From an uncultured virus (IMG/VR IMGVR_UViG_3300027278_000011) (taxonomy: Duplodnaviria; Heunggongvirae; Uroviricota; Caudoviricetes; Schitoviridae), in IMG/VR virus record IMGVR_UViG_3300027278_000011: DNA of 64,000 bases; one strand, given 5' to 3'. The notes under the pieces were generated by a model. The model made no database searches. It was not told the DNA's origin and saw nothing but the letters and a program-made list of their open reading frames with translations. The translations under genes and the position numbers were made by a program. This document shows, piece by piece, positions 8,101-16,174 of this stretch (position 1 is the stretch's first letter; every line of letters begins with the position of its first letter).

Positions 8101-9303
8101 TTACGACAGCGCGTAATCAGTGTTCAGAATGTCAAGATGTAGCTTGGGATCAAGTTTGCCGAGGGAAACTCGACGCTGCAGGATCTGGGACACGATAAAG
8201 CTCAGCAAGTTGCTGCGTGCAATCTCAAAGAGCTGACGGTTGTACTGCATGCGCAGGTCGTTGCCGTAATTCGGCAAGCAGCGGAAACAGTCATGTACCG
8301 TCAGTACCTTGAATGGCTTGGCAGGCAAGCTGTCCAGCAGTTCGATCACTGGTTCCCTCTGTACCAGATGAGCAGTGCCGTAGTGCAGATGGTCGAGGAT
8401 ACGGGCAGACAGGTAGCCCGATTCTTCGTAGTGGTTCCACAGGATCTTCACCAACTTCGTATCCTCGGTTTCAGTGAGGAACTCAGGGTTCACGTCCGTC
8501 TTCAGTGCATCTCGCACAAGCTCAATTTGCACAGGGTTGTAGTCACAACGACGCACGATCTCCCGTACTACCATCCCATCTACAGAGTGGATGCTGTTGG
8601 CACCCAGACTGCGGCCCTTTTCCATTGGTGCATTGACCTTGGTGAAGACCTCGAAAGGCTCATCAAGGAAATGCACTGTGTTGGACACCTGATTGATCAC
8701 CGGAACATGCACATGGAAGTTATCCGGCAACACCCAGTCATGGGACAGGGCATTGGGGTTCCACATGGTCAGGAAGGCTTGGTTCAGCTCCCATGCTGCA
8801 GGGGCTAGCTTCTCCATTGTGTCGAAGAAGATCCCCAAGAGGCGGCCAGTACCGAATACCCGTTTAGGTACAGCTTCGGAGCCGTACAGTGAAGTCATCA
8901 CTGCATCCTTGGCCATGTCACGGGAGATCTTGGCACTGTCACCTGTGATGTCCAGCATGTAGTCATAGATGTTGGTGTAGGCATCCTCTCGTTGGCCTGT
9001 GCTCACTACGTTGCACAGTTGAGCAGCTTGGCGGTCGCCAGTCAGGCAGGCCAGTAGCTGCAAACCACTGGAGGTGGCGTCCAGGGAGATGGGGTAGCCA
9101 GTAGCCTTTTGCTGCTGGGCATCTTTCCATGCCAGCACCCCTGCATAAAACAGGGCAGGCTCCTTGGCAGTTTTGACCAGGGAATCCAGCTTCCCTTGGT
9201 TCTCCTCAAACCAGTTGAGGCGATATTCCCATGTCTTTTTGTCCAGACCGTAGTTGGAAGCGATGTCGATTTGGAGGTATTGCTTGCCAGTGAACTTCTG
9301 CAT
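8101..9303 (-). CDS. Phage RNA polymerase II subunit 2 (N4 gp16-like)
   Basis: T7-like motif A ISLDATSSGLQ, motif B SRDMAKDAVMTSLYGS, ANSIHSVDG, motif C LTVHDCF. Confidence 0.95.
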   Translation of the reverse strand: MQKFTGKQYLQIDIASNYGLDKKTWEYRLNWFEENQGKLDSLVKTAKEPALFYAGVLAWKDAQQQKATGYPISLDATSSGLQLLACLTGDRQAAQLCNVVSTGQREDAYTNIYDYMLDITGDSAKISRDMAKDAVMTSLYGSEAVPKRVFGTGRLLGIFFDTMEKLAPAAWELNQAFLTMWNPNALSHDWVLPDNFHVHVPVINQVSNTVHFLDEPFEVFTKVNAPMEKGRSLGANSIHSVDGMVVREIVRRCDYNPVQIELVRDALKTDVNPEFLTETEDTKLVKILWNHYEESGYLSARILDHLHYGTAHLVQREPVIELLDSLPAKPFKVLTVHDCFRCLPNYGNDLRMQYNRQLFEIARSNLLSFIVSQILQRRVSLGKLDPKLHLDILNTDYALS

Positions 9304-9347
9304 TACGTGCTCCTTAGAAGTTATGTCTAATTAGGTGAGGGTAAAAC

Positions 9348-9560
9348 TCAGTGATGCGTAGCAACAACAGGACAATCAGCAAGACTTTCCTTGATGTGCT
9401 GCAGTTGATTGATGATGAAGTCGATACTCTGTTCATTCACAGAGCCGACAGTGATGTAGTTGGTGGTTTGCCCAGCTTCATTCACTACGAGAATGTCCAG
9501 ATCCCCATGAAGGGAGAGACCGAGGCTGACACGTTCAATTGATGTTTTCTGCTCAGACAT
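9348..9560 (-). CDS. Hypothetical protein (70 aa)
   Basis: ATG at 9560 overlapping the upstream TGA (TGATG); GAGGAAGAG SD. Confidence 0.65.
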   Translation of the reverse strand: MSEQKTSIERVSLGLSLHGDLDILVVNEAGQTTNYITVGSVNEQSIDFIINQLQHIKESLADCPVVATHH

Positions 9561-9685
9561 CACTCTTCCTCATCATCCATGTTGCGACCGGCTACCCAAC
9601 CACATATAGGACAGCTATCACCGCCGCTGCATCCAAGATAAGCGCCGCAAGTTGTGTTTTGGCAATACAAGAATCGTCCACTCAT
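9560..9685 (-). CDS. 41-aa zinc-ribbon mini-protein (absent from ORF track)
   Basis: Translated by hand: MSGRFLYCQNTTCGAYLGCSGGDSCPICGWVAGRNMDDEEE. ATGA overlap with RNAP1 stop; GAGGAGG SD. Confidence 0.65.
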   Translation of the reverse strand: MSGRFLYCQNTTCGAYLGCSGGDSCPICGWVAGRNMDDEEE

Positions 9686-10500
9686 ACGACCTCCTCTGCG
9701 TCGGCAAAATGCACGACTGCTTTGTTCCAGGGAGCACCCTGGTAGTTGATGTGATAGCCCTGACAGTAGGTACGGCCACGTTTGTCGTACTTGTGGGTCA
9801 GGTGGAAATGCTCGCCTTCCTGCTGGATCAGCTTGATCACGTCGCGTGAGGTGCGGTCGTATTTCTCGAAAGCACGTTTGCGCTTCTCGAAATCTTCCCG
9901 AGTCTCATCGTCCTTGGCCTTGTCCAAGTTGCGCCATTGGTTTTTCACCAGGGTCACAACATCTTGGTTGATGGTCAGCTTCAGTCGGTTCATGCGATTG
10001 ATGTGATCAAGACACACATCATCCTCGTGATGATTCTTCTTGAGGATGATTGAACCACTGCTGGTGTAGTAACCGGTGTCTCGGTTGGTCTTTACCAAGG
10101 CGGGCAATGTGACCATTGGCAGAGGAAACTGGAAGCGATCCAGCTCTTCCTGCACGTCAGCACTGATGGTGAACTTAACTACGAAGACCTTGAGGGTTGG
10201 AGACCAGTCCACAAGATCTGCCTCAGCACAACTATGGATCATGTCCGTAGTCTTCTGTGGATCATCAAAGTGTCTGTCCAGAATGCCTGCCAGGATTGGC
10301 AGAGTGCAGCGTTTGTGCAGAGCCATTTGCACCAGCAAGTCCATACCGAAGCCAATCGGGATGTCCTTGTCTTGCATGTACTCACAGAAGTCGAAGTGCT
10401 CACAGTTGAGGAACTCGGCTTTGATGCGAGGGATCAGTTGGTTCTTGTTGTACAACTTCTCCAGCTCACGTTGGTGAGCAATCAGTTTGGTATCGGCCAT
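9682..10500 (-). CDS. Phage RNA polymerase II subunit 1 (N4 gp15-like)
   Basis: FPLPMV, C-terminal HKYDKRGRTYCQGYHINYQG (DxRGR motif); 272 aa. Confidence 0.93.
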   Translation of the reverse strand: MADTKLIAHQRELEKLYNKNQLIPRIKAEFLNCEHFDFCEYMQDKDIPIGFGMDLLVQMALHKRCTLPILAGILDRHFDDPQKTTDMIHSCAEADLVDWSPTLKVFVVKFTISADVQEELDRFQFPLPMVTLPALVKTNRDTGYYTSSGSIILKKNHHEDDVCLDHINRMNRLKLTINQDVVTLVKNQWRNLDKAKDDETREDFEKRKRAFEKYDRTSRDVIKLIQQEGEHFHLTHKYDKRGRTYCQGYHINYQGAPWNKAVVHFADAEEVV

Positions 10501-10509
10501 GTGAGTTCC

Positions 10510-10713
10510 TTAAACAGGTGTGTTGGCCAAAAGCATGAGACAAATGCCTGCTACTACAAGCAGCAGAGTCTCGGTGTTTTTGGTTTTACGCTTAATGATC
10601 TGAGCCTGATGCTCGCAGATCACTCTGGGTTGTTTGGCGTGGAGGTGGAACAGTCGAGCAGTTACAGCAAGGAAGATGGTGAGAAAGATCAGAGTGATGA
10701 TTGCGATGTCCAT
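10510..10713 (-). CDS. Small membrane protein (two TM segments)
   Basis: Hydrophobic N- and C-terminal stretches; 67 aa. Confidence 0.65.
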   Translation of the reverse strand: MDIAIITLIFLTIFLAVTARLFHLHAKQPRVICEHQAQIIKRKTKNTETLLLVVAGICLMLLANTPV

Positions 10714-11097
10714 TTAGAAGGTTCCCCAATAGTTGTGAGCGTCGCCCAAGTACGGACGCCAAAGTTCATCGAAATAGCAATTGCTGGGAGCATTGACGAA
10801 CAGCTTCGCCATGTCTGCATGCTTCAGACCTGCCAGGCCACAGCCAATGCAGGTGACTTGGAATTTCATTTTCTTGTGTCCACGGGCATAGGCCAGAAAG
10901 CCAGTCACGTAGTCATTGATGCGATCCATTGGCATGGGGCCAACATCAATGTCTTTCGTGGGGATGGCCCAGCTATCGCCGTAATGGCCATAGCCTTTAC
11001 CGTAACGGGCACCTCTCTTTTCGTATGCGAACTTGGCAGCACCGGCACCATGAATGCCAGCTTCATTGCTACCGAAGACGAAGACCATCTTCTGCAT
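10714..11097 (-). CDS. Macrodomain-like protein (N4 gp14-like)
   Basis: FVFGSNEAGIHGAGAA, WAIPTKD and TCIGCGLAG resemble macrodomain loops 1 and 2. Confidence 0.7.
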   Translation of the reverse strand: MQKMVFVFGSNEAGIHGAGAAKFAYEKRGARYGKGYGHYGDSWAIPTKDIDVGPMPMDRINDYVTGFLAYARGHKKMKFQVTCIGCGLAGLKHADMAKLFVNAPSNCYFDELWRPYLGDAHNYWGTF

Positions 11098-11362
11098 GTT
11101 TGTTCTCCAGTAAGTTCACAACTGCTGACACTGTGTCGAGCAGGTGCTTGTGATAAATCAGGGTTGGTGGCACACACTCAGAACTGAGTCTGACTATGCG
11201 ATGACCTCTCCTATGTAGGTAACGCACCAAACAAACGTGATCACCTCCCACCCAGTCTTTCAACATGGGCGAGGTATGGGTGATCACACCGTTGAGCGTG
11301 TACCAGTGAGAGGCACGAGGATTTGTTCGATCCTCCGTCCATTTGACTTGAAAGTGGGCCAT
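11069..11362 (-). CDS. Hypothetical protein (97 aa)
   Basis: ATG 8 nt after the upstream stop; co-oriented with neighbours. Confidence 0.5.
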   Translation of the reverse strand: MAHFQVKWTEDRTNPRASHWYTLNGVITHTSPMLKDWVGGDHVCLVRYLHRRGHRIVRLSSECVPPTLIYHKHLLDTVSAVVNLLENKHAEDGLRLR

Positions 11363-11369
11363 TGCTACA

Positions 11370-11579
11370 TCACTCGTCGTAGTACGAATTGATGAGATTG
11401 ATCATTCGACATTTCCATACAAAGGAGTTGTCGAAGAGCATTTCTATCAATTCACATGTCTCGTTGAAGTAGTTCGGACACAGATACATCCGTTTGGCGA
11501 TCATGCGGTTGAATAACAGCACGAAAAAGATGAACAACCAACGGCAGATAAGGCGCTCAAGGCGCTTTGCCCGGCTCAT
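11370..11579 (-). CDS. Hypothetical protein with one TM-like segment (69 aa)
   Basis: ATGA overlap with the HTH gene; LICRWLFIFFVLLF. Confidence 0.6.
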   Translation of the reverse strand: MSRAKRLERLICRWLFIFFVLLFNRMIAKRMYLCPNYFNETCELIEMLFDNSFVWKCRMINLINSYYDE

Positions 11580-11875
11580 TTCTTCACCAGTGACAGTTGG
11601 TAGCCGCACGCATTGAGCACAGCATTGAGCTTGCTCAAGTGAGGTGTGTAAGTTTGACCTTCAATCCACCGTTTAATGGTGGCTTTGGTGATGGTGTCAC
11701 CACCGACACGCTCAGTGCGTTCGATGATGTAGTCGTAGCCGCTAGCTTTGATCTCTTTGTTGATGATCTCGCAGGCAGCACGCACCAGTCCCTTTACACT
11801 GGAAGCGGTGACATTCTGTTTGGGGCCAGTTACACGCATTGCACTTTGAATCAGTTGCTCGGTACGGTTGGTCAT
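11576..11875 (-). CDS. XRE-like helix-turn-helix protein (99 aa)
   Basis: ITKATIKRWIEGQTYTPHLSKLNAVLNACG; start re-called after AAGGAG. Confidence 0.7.
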   Translation of the reverse strand: MTNRTEQLIQSAMRVTGPKQNVTASSVKGLVRAACEIINKEIKASGYDYIIERTERVGGDTITKATIKRWIEGQTYTPHLSKLNAVLNACGYQLSLVKK

Positions 11876-11956
11876 TACTTTGCTCCTTGGTTCTGAACAC
11901 GGTGTATCCACCGTAGTTATCAAGAATCCGCATCAGGGATATTCCTACACACGAGA

Positions 11957-11980
11957 GGTTTGCCTCCCCCGGAGGCAAAC
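11957..11980 (-). terminator. Perfect 10-bp hairpin after the SLOG gene (terminator or processing site)
   Basis: GGTTTGCCTC-CCCG-GAGGCAAACC; weak U-tract. Confidence 0.5.
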
Positions 11981-11984
11981 CGAT

Positions 11985-12500
11985 TCAGGTCTTGTTTTCG
12001 ACAAACTCGCACAGACGGTGCTGATCAACCGTCAGTGCAATGTCGAAAATTGGGATTTTCAGGTACTCAGCGATACGCAGAGCCTGACCAGTACCACCGC
12101 TACGCTTACCGTTGGGTGTCCAGCACACGACCATATCCACCGGAGTGTTCAGGTCGAGACCAGCAATCTGGAACACATTGCGCATGTGTAGCAGCTTTGC
12201 AGCACTGGAACAGGCATCCCAGTTAGGGTGAAATTGCTTGGCAATGTTCATGGCTTCAGGTGAGTAACCCACCACGAAGCGTTCATCGTTGCCGGGAGCA
12301 CCGTTGAAGCCTTCCCATGGAATGAAGTTGGTGGCTGTGCCTTTACCTTCCATGGCACCGAAGAAGAATGCTTGATCAGCACCAGCGGCATAGCCACTAC
12401 GTAGATGCCATTGAGCTGCCAACTCTCGGCCAATGGTTTTCATTTGTTGCAGTGCAGTAGTTGGTGTCTTACGACTACCGATACCGGCATAGGTGAACAT
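11985..12500 (-). CDS. SLOG/DprA-like Rossmann-fold protein
   Basis: YAGIGSRKTP, LRSGYAAGADQAF, HMRNVFQI, VVCWT, SGGTGQALRIA..IPIF. Confidence 0.85.
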   Translation of the reverse strand: MFTYAGIGSRKTPTTALQQMKTIGRELAAQWHLRSGYAAGADQAFFFGAMEGKGTATNFIPWEGFNGAPGNDERFVVGYSPEAMNIAKQFHPNWDACSSAAKLLHMRNVFQIAGLDLNTPVDMVVCWTPNGKRSGGTGQALRIAEYLKIPIFDIALTVDQHRLCEFVENKT

Positions 12501-12509
12501 GGTGTCTCC

Positions 12510-13064
12510 TTACGACAGCCACTCATTGATGATGGTGGACAGTGCGTGTGCTTGGTTAATGGGACTGGAGGCAAAGCAATCAGACAGAACATTGTTCTTC
12601 TCCGCTGCCAGCTCCATGAGTTCAAGAATCAGATGGCTATTGTGGATTGCCCACATGCGCCAGAGGTTCAGGTACATCTGCCACAAGTGGTCAGCCGGAT
12701 ACTCAAACAGAGGCGGTTTGCCTTTGCCGAGTTTCCAGTTGGTGCCACCGATGTCGTAGCCTTTGATGTCGCACTGATACCACTGCTCGATACTACGTCC
12801 ATCGGGCAACATGGCATTCAGGGCACTGAATCGTGCATCACCTTTGGTACTGCACTCATAGCCGTTCTTGCGTTGCCACGAGAACAAGCGTTTGGGGTGT
12901 GTCCCACAATATATCTCTACGATGTGAGATCCGTCCCTGACTTCCACTTCTGTGACAAGGGTGCATCCGTTACCTTCTGGTGGCTGGAATACAGCCACAT
13001 CGAAGTGAGCACGACCTTGAGAGATATTGCTGTTTATGAGTTTGGCCAGTTCAGTGAGTTTCAT
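12510..13064 (-). CDS. NADAR-like protein (tentative)
   Basis: STKGDARFSAL, SIEQWYQ..K resembling NADAR S/TxEHxYQAxK, WKLGKG. Confidence 0.5.
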   Translation of the reverse strand: MKLTELAKLINSNISQGRAHFDVAVFQPPEGNGCTLVTEVEVRDGSHIVEIYCGTHPKRLFSWQRKNGYECSTKGDARFSALNAMLPDGRSIEQWYQCDIKGYDIGGTNWKLGKGKPPLFEYPADHLWQMYLNLWRMWAIHNSHLILELMELAAEKNNVLSDCFASSPINQAHALSTIINEWLS

Positions 13065-13303
13065 CAGAAGTCACCTTCTTTAGTCGCAGTTTCGGCATCA
13101 ATGATTAACATCCCATTGGGTAGCAATTCAGCCTGAACGTAGACTTTCAATGCTGTACCAAACAGATCATCCATCTCCAGTTCAGTCATGAGCTGTTCAG
13201 CAAAGATTTGGCGATCTGCGCTGTAGATCAGCACAGGTGGATTAGCTACAGAGCTGGTGATTGGACGTTGGATCTTTACGATCCCTTCCCATTGGCAGGT
13301 CAT
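13064..13303 (-). CDS. Hypothetical protein (79 aa)
   Basis: Start re-called at MTCQWEGIVKIQRP (ATGA overlap). Confidence 0.65.
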   Translation of the reverse strand: MTCQWEGIVKIQRPITSSVANPPVLIYSADRQIFAEQLMTELEMDDLFGTALKVYVQAELLPNGMLIIDAETATKEGDF

Positions 13304-13473
13304 GCAGTCATCCCCAGTTTGTTCATGAGAGCACGTCGTTTCTTGTCGGCACGCATGTATCGACGATGAAAGGCGATTGCTGCTTTGCGGTTGTCTTCTA
13401 CGAATGCTTGGCAGAAACAGCGAAACAGCAGACGGCAATACCAGTCCATGTACTTCAAATGCAATTTGGTCAT
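13300..13473 (-). CDS. Basic hypothetical protein (57 aa)
   Basis: ATGA overlaps on both sides. Confidence 0.6.
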   Translation of the reverse strand: MTKLHLKYMDWYCRLLFRCFCQAFVEDNRKAAIAFHRRYMRADKKRRALMNKLGMTA

Positions 13474-13673
13474 TTTGGATTGCTCCATGCGAAGGCAATC
13501 AGTTCAGTGGTATGAATCCCCCATTCACTACTACCGTTGGTGTAATTGAAGTGGATGATGATGTACCCATCATTGGTGGGTTCAACAGCCGTTGCCACAC
13601 AGTCTGGTGTTGTGCTGTTGGCATTCAAGAATGCAGTTGCGAGTTCAAGCACTTCATCTGATTCAATAGGCAT
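13470..13673 (-). CDS. Hypothetical protein (67 aa)
   Basis: ATG after GAGGAAG. Confidence 0.65.
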   Translation of the reverse strand: MPIESDEVLELATAFLNANSTTPDCVATAVEPTNDGYIIIHFNYTNGSSEWGIHTTELIAFAWSNPK

Positions 13674-13741
13674 CTGAGCTTCCTCTAATAAATCTCTAAG
13701 TGTTTAGGTGGATTTAGTCTTTTGGGACTTAAAAGTTGAAC

Positions 13742-14056
13742 TTAGGTTTTAGAAAGTTCAACTTTGATCTGGTCTATCAACCAATCGACCAGTTCCCAAC
13801 GAAGGGCACAGTACGGATCAGTTTTGTCCCACAGATTTCGGTATTCGAAGAACGCTTCATCCGCTTCCAGATCTGTATGCGGAATTGGGTAGTGAAGTTT
13901 GCCGCTGAAGTGAGGCCAGCTTTTCCAGAAATGGCGCAGCAAGTTGGTGTTGATTGTCCCTTGACAAATGCCTAGGTCTGGATCACTTGGGCCATTGGTT
14001 TGGAGTTCTTTGAGATCCGCCAATAGTTTCTTCAGGTGTACGTCGTACAGTTCCAT
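13742..14056 (-). CDS. Hypothetical early protein (104 aa)
   Basis: Start re-called at MELYDV after AGGAG; GIC..WPHFSG..YPIP..LWD...Y...RWEL. Confidence 0.7.
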   Translation of the reverse strand: MELYDVHLKKLLADLKELQTNGPSDPDLGICQGTINTNLLRHFWKSWPHFSGKLHYPIPHTDLEADEAFFEYRNLWDKTDPYCALRWELVDWLIDQIKVELSKT

Positions 14057-14085
14057 GCCTATCTCCTGTGATCTATCCGATGCAA

Positions 14086-14112
14086 AGCCGAAGGCTCCCC
14101 CGAAGGGGAGCC
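14086..14112 (-). terminator. UUCG-loop hairpin/terminator after gp2
   Basis: Minus strand GGCTCCCC-TTCG-GGGGAGCC followed by TTCGGCTTT. Confidence 0.65.
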
Positions 14113-14123
14113 GAGGCTGGTGC

Positions 14124-14531
14124 TTAGCCGAAGCTGAGGGCTGCGACGAACGGGTTGTTCCCGGCAGCGATGGGTGCTGCTTCCTCGTTGACACGACGGA
14201 TTTGTAGGGCGAGACCGGAATCACCGAGGCCGATGATTTTCTCTTCGCCCGGTTGGAGCTTGGCTGCTACGGCCATGAACTGGTCGTGCAGATTGTTGCG
14301 TGCTGCTTGGAATGCAGCGAACTCGGCGTTGCGCGAGTTGGTAGCCAGAGGCTCCATGGTGTCCAGAGGGATACCCGTAGGCAGGCTGACGAAGCGTTGT
14401 TCTTCGCCTGCTTCTGTTTTCACGGTAACGGGATAACCGATGTTGAGCCAGAACTGTGCTTTCGGACGGTCGTCCTTGGCAGCAGTGGCTTTGGACTGGG
14501 AACCGAAGGTGTGTTCGAAGTTGAGGGACAT
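14124..14531 (-). CDS. ssDNA-binding RNAP II cofactor (N4 gp2/Drc-like)
   Basis: KAQFWLNIGY..FVSLPTGIPLD..ARNNL..LQPGEEKI..LQIRRV; directly downstream of a hairpin promoter. Confidence 0.85.
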   Translation of the reverse strand: MSLNFEHTFGSQSKATAAKDDRPKAQFWLNIGYPVTVKTEAGEEQRFVSLPTGIPLDTMEPLATNSRNAEFAAFQAARNNLHDQFMAVAAKLQPGEEKIIGLGDSGLALQIRRVNEEAAPIAAGNNPFVAALSFG

Positions 14532-14565
14532 GATGTTGACTCCAGAGTTGAATGGGCGGAATTGC

Positions 14566-14584
14566 CCAATAGGGGCGAAGCCCC
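14566..14584 (-). promoter_or_regulatory. N4-type vRNAP hairpin promoter (template is the + strand)
   Basis: CC-AATA-GGGGC-GAA-GCCCC has the N4 promoter geometry (CC, 4 nt, 5-bp stem, GNA loop). Predicted +1 near 14567, 36 nt before the gp2 ATG. Confidence 0.85.
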
Positions 14585-14606
14585 CTGTGAGATGAGGTAA
14601 CTGACG

Positions 14607-14786
14607 TTACCCCATATGTTTAAGTAGGCGAGCGATATTGGTGTTGCGTTTGGCAGGGGCCGAATATTTGTCGATGTAGCCCAAGGTGAGTACGAACTCT
14701 TGCTGGGACTGGTGACATTGTTCAGCGATGCCTCGGATACCGATGTTGAAGAGAAGTTGGAATACGAACTGATATACGAGGTGCAT
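14607..14786 (-). CDS. 59-aa early protein (absent from ORF track)
   Basis: Translated by hand: MHLVYQFVFQLLFNIGIRGIAEQCHQ...LKHMG; GGAG SD. Confidence 0.6.
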   Translation of the reverse strand: MHLVYQFVFQLLFNIGIRGIAEQCHQSQQEFVLTLGYIDKYSAPAKRNTNIARLLKHMG

Positions 14787-14801
14787 GGTTTGACTCCATG
14801 G

Positions 14802-14827
14802 ACACTAAGGGCCGAAGCCCCTAGTGT
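14802..14827 (-). terminator. C(UUCG)G hairpin after gp1
   Basis: Minus strand ACACTAGGGGC-TTCG-GCCCTTAGTGT; no strong U-tract. Confidence 0.55.
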
Positions 14828-14838
14828 TTAGTTGAGGG

Positions 14839-15165
14839 TTAGCTGGGTTGAGAAGGACGGAGGAGTTTAGAGTAGGTGTCGTAGGCTTCTTGGTAAGCCT
14901 TAGCGTGTTCCTGACTCTGGTTGATGTACTTCTGTACACGGAGAGTGGACTCAGTACGTTCTTGCGATTTCTCGCGGATGAGGGACTCGATGAAGTCCTC
15001 GTTGTCTACAGCGATACGTGCCTTCTGGTGAGAGGCAGCGTTGTCGATATAGGCATTGAGCATGCCGATGCCAGAGCTGACAGCATCCAGTGTGGAGGTG
15101 ACAGTGTTAGCAGTGGTGTTCACGGTGCTCAGGATGGAGCCGAGGGTGAGACGTGCAGTGGACAT
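14839..15165 (-). CDS. First early protein (N4 gp1-like, 108 aa)
   Basis: Start re-called at MSTARLTLG after AGGAG; first gene after the outermost hairpin promoter. Confidence 0.7.
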   Translation of the reverse strand: MSTARLTLGSILSTVNTTANTVTSTLDAVSSGIGMLNAYIDNAASHQKARIAVDNEDFIESLIREKSQERTESTLRVQKYINQSQEHAKAYQEAYDTYSKLLRPSQPS

Positions 15166-15340
15166 GGTGTAACTCCTAGGTAATTGAGGGAACAGAGGCC
15201 GTATGAATAGGCAACACTTATCTTCGGGGATGATCCCACGACGCATCATGTATTTCTGGTAGCGATAGCCGAACTACGACTAGCCAGTCCTACAAGGGTG
15301 TAATCAGGCACCAACTGGGGTAGTACACGCGTACACATAC

Positions 15341-15359
15341 CCAGTAGTGGCGAAGCCAC
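15341..15359 (-). promoter_or_regulatory. N4-type vRNAP hairpin promoter (outermost early promoter)
   Basis: CC-AGTA-GTGGC-GAA-GCCAC; predicted +1 near 15342. Confidence 0.85.
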
Positions 15360-15523
15360 GAGCTAAGAGTGGGGTGGTAGTGTGTGATAGGTGTGAATGT
15401 ACCGGGGGGGTACTTGGTCTCTGGGTGTGACCAGGGTGTGAGAAGTGCCACGGAACCTAACTATCAATTCCGTCCTAATGCAAAAATTTGCAGCACCTTT
15501 TTATATATAAAGTTAGTTCTAAT

Positions 15524-15775
15524 TTAGAAGAGAAGCGGCTTGGTAGCTATGACCTCTCTCCCAAAGAGGCAGTCACTCTGCGGCATGTAATCTGGGGTGT
15601 AGATGAGGATCTCTGGCATGCAGCCATACATGTAAGCCAGCCCCTGACAGTAGTCATGTTCCTCTTGGTTCTGAACCACAAGAACCTTGGGTGCTTTACC
15701 TGCTGTGAATGCGTAGCTATCTACAGCATCAAGCCAACCACAATCACTGATGAAGATGAAAAAATTCTCAACCAT
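15524..15775 (-). CDS. Hypothetical protein (83 aa) near the genome terminus
   Basis: ORF of plausible composition but weak SD. Confidence 0.45.
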   Translation of the reverse strand: MVENFFIFISDCGWLDAVDSYAFTAGKAPKVLVVQNQEEHDYCQGLAYMYGCMPEILIYTPDYMPQSDCLFGREVIATKPLLF

Positions 15776-15812
15776 TGTGCTGACTCGTTAGAGATAAGTT
15801 GAAGGAATAGGT

Positions 15813-15853
15813 AAAAAAGAAGGGATCGACTGGGGTAGGTGCTCGATCCCTTC
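15813..15853 (-). terminator. Rho-independent terminator
   Basis: 12-bp stem AGAAGGGATCGA/TCGATCCCTTCT with poly-U on the minus strand. Confidence 0.7.
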
Positions 15854-16112
15854 TACGTTTTGTTCAAGCAGACTGTCTCTGCTATCACCTCTGACCGAAC
15901 TGGTGTAGTGCCAGAAGGAGTCTTGGCCCGGTGACTGCGGTGGTTATATTCCCACTCCCGCTAGGGTTGCAATGGCTTATACCAAGCACGTCCTAAGACG
16001 TATCCTGACAATAACCCATTCCACAAATTCTGGGTAGATCTTATTTCCTTTTGTTCTGGTGCCTGTCACCAGACAATAGGAGTGGCCCTCCTTTTCCTTT
16101 AAGGATTAAGAG

Positions 16113-16141
16113 TTGAGAGCCTTCTATAAACAGACTAAAGT
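16113..16141 (+). promoter_or_regulatory. Sigma70-type promoter heading the + strand operon
   Basis: TTGAGA (16113-16118), 17 nt, TAAAGT (16136-16141); 34 nt before ATG 16175. Confidence 0.6.
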
Positions 16142-16174
16142 GTATCTGCCAATTCGGCAACACCCAAGGAAAAA

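Noticed and set aside
14086..14096. Third vRNAP promoter AGCC-GAA-GGCT
   Set aside because: Only a 4-bp stem, no C at the expected +1, and it overlaps the stronger UUCG hairpin.
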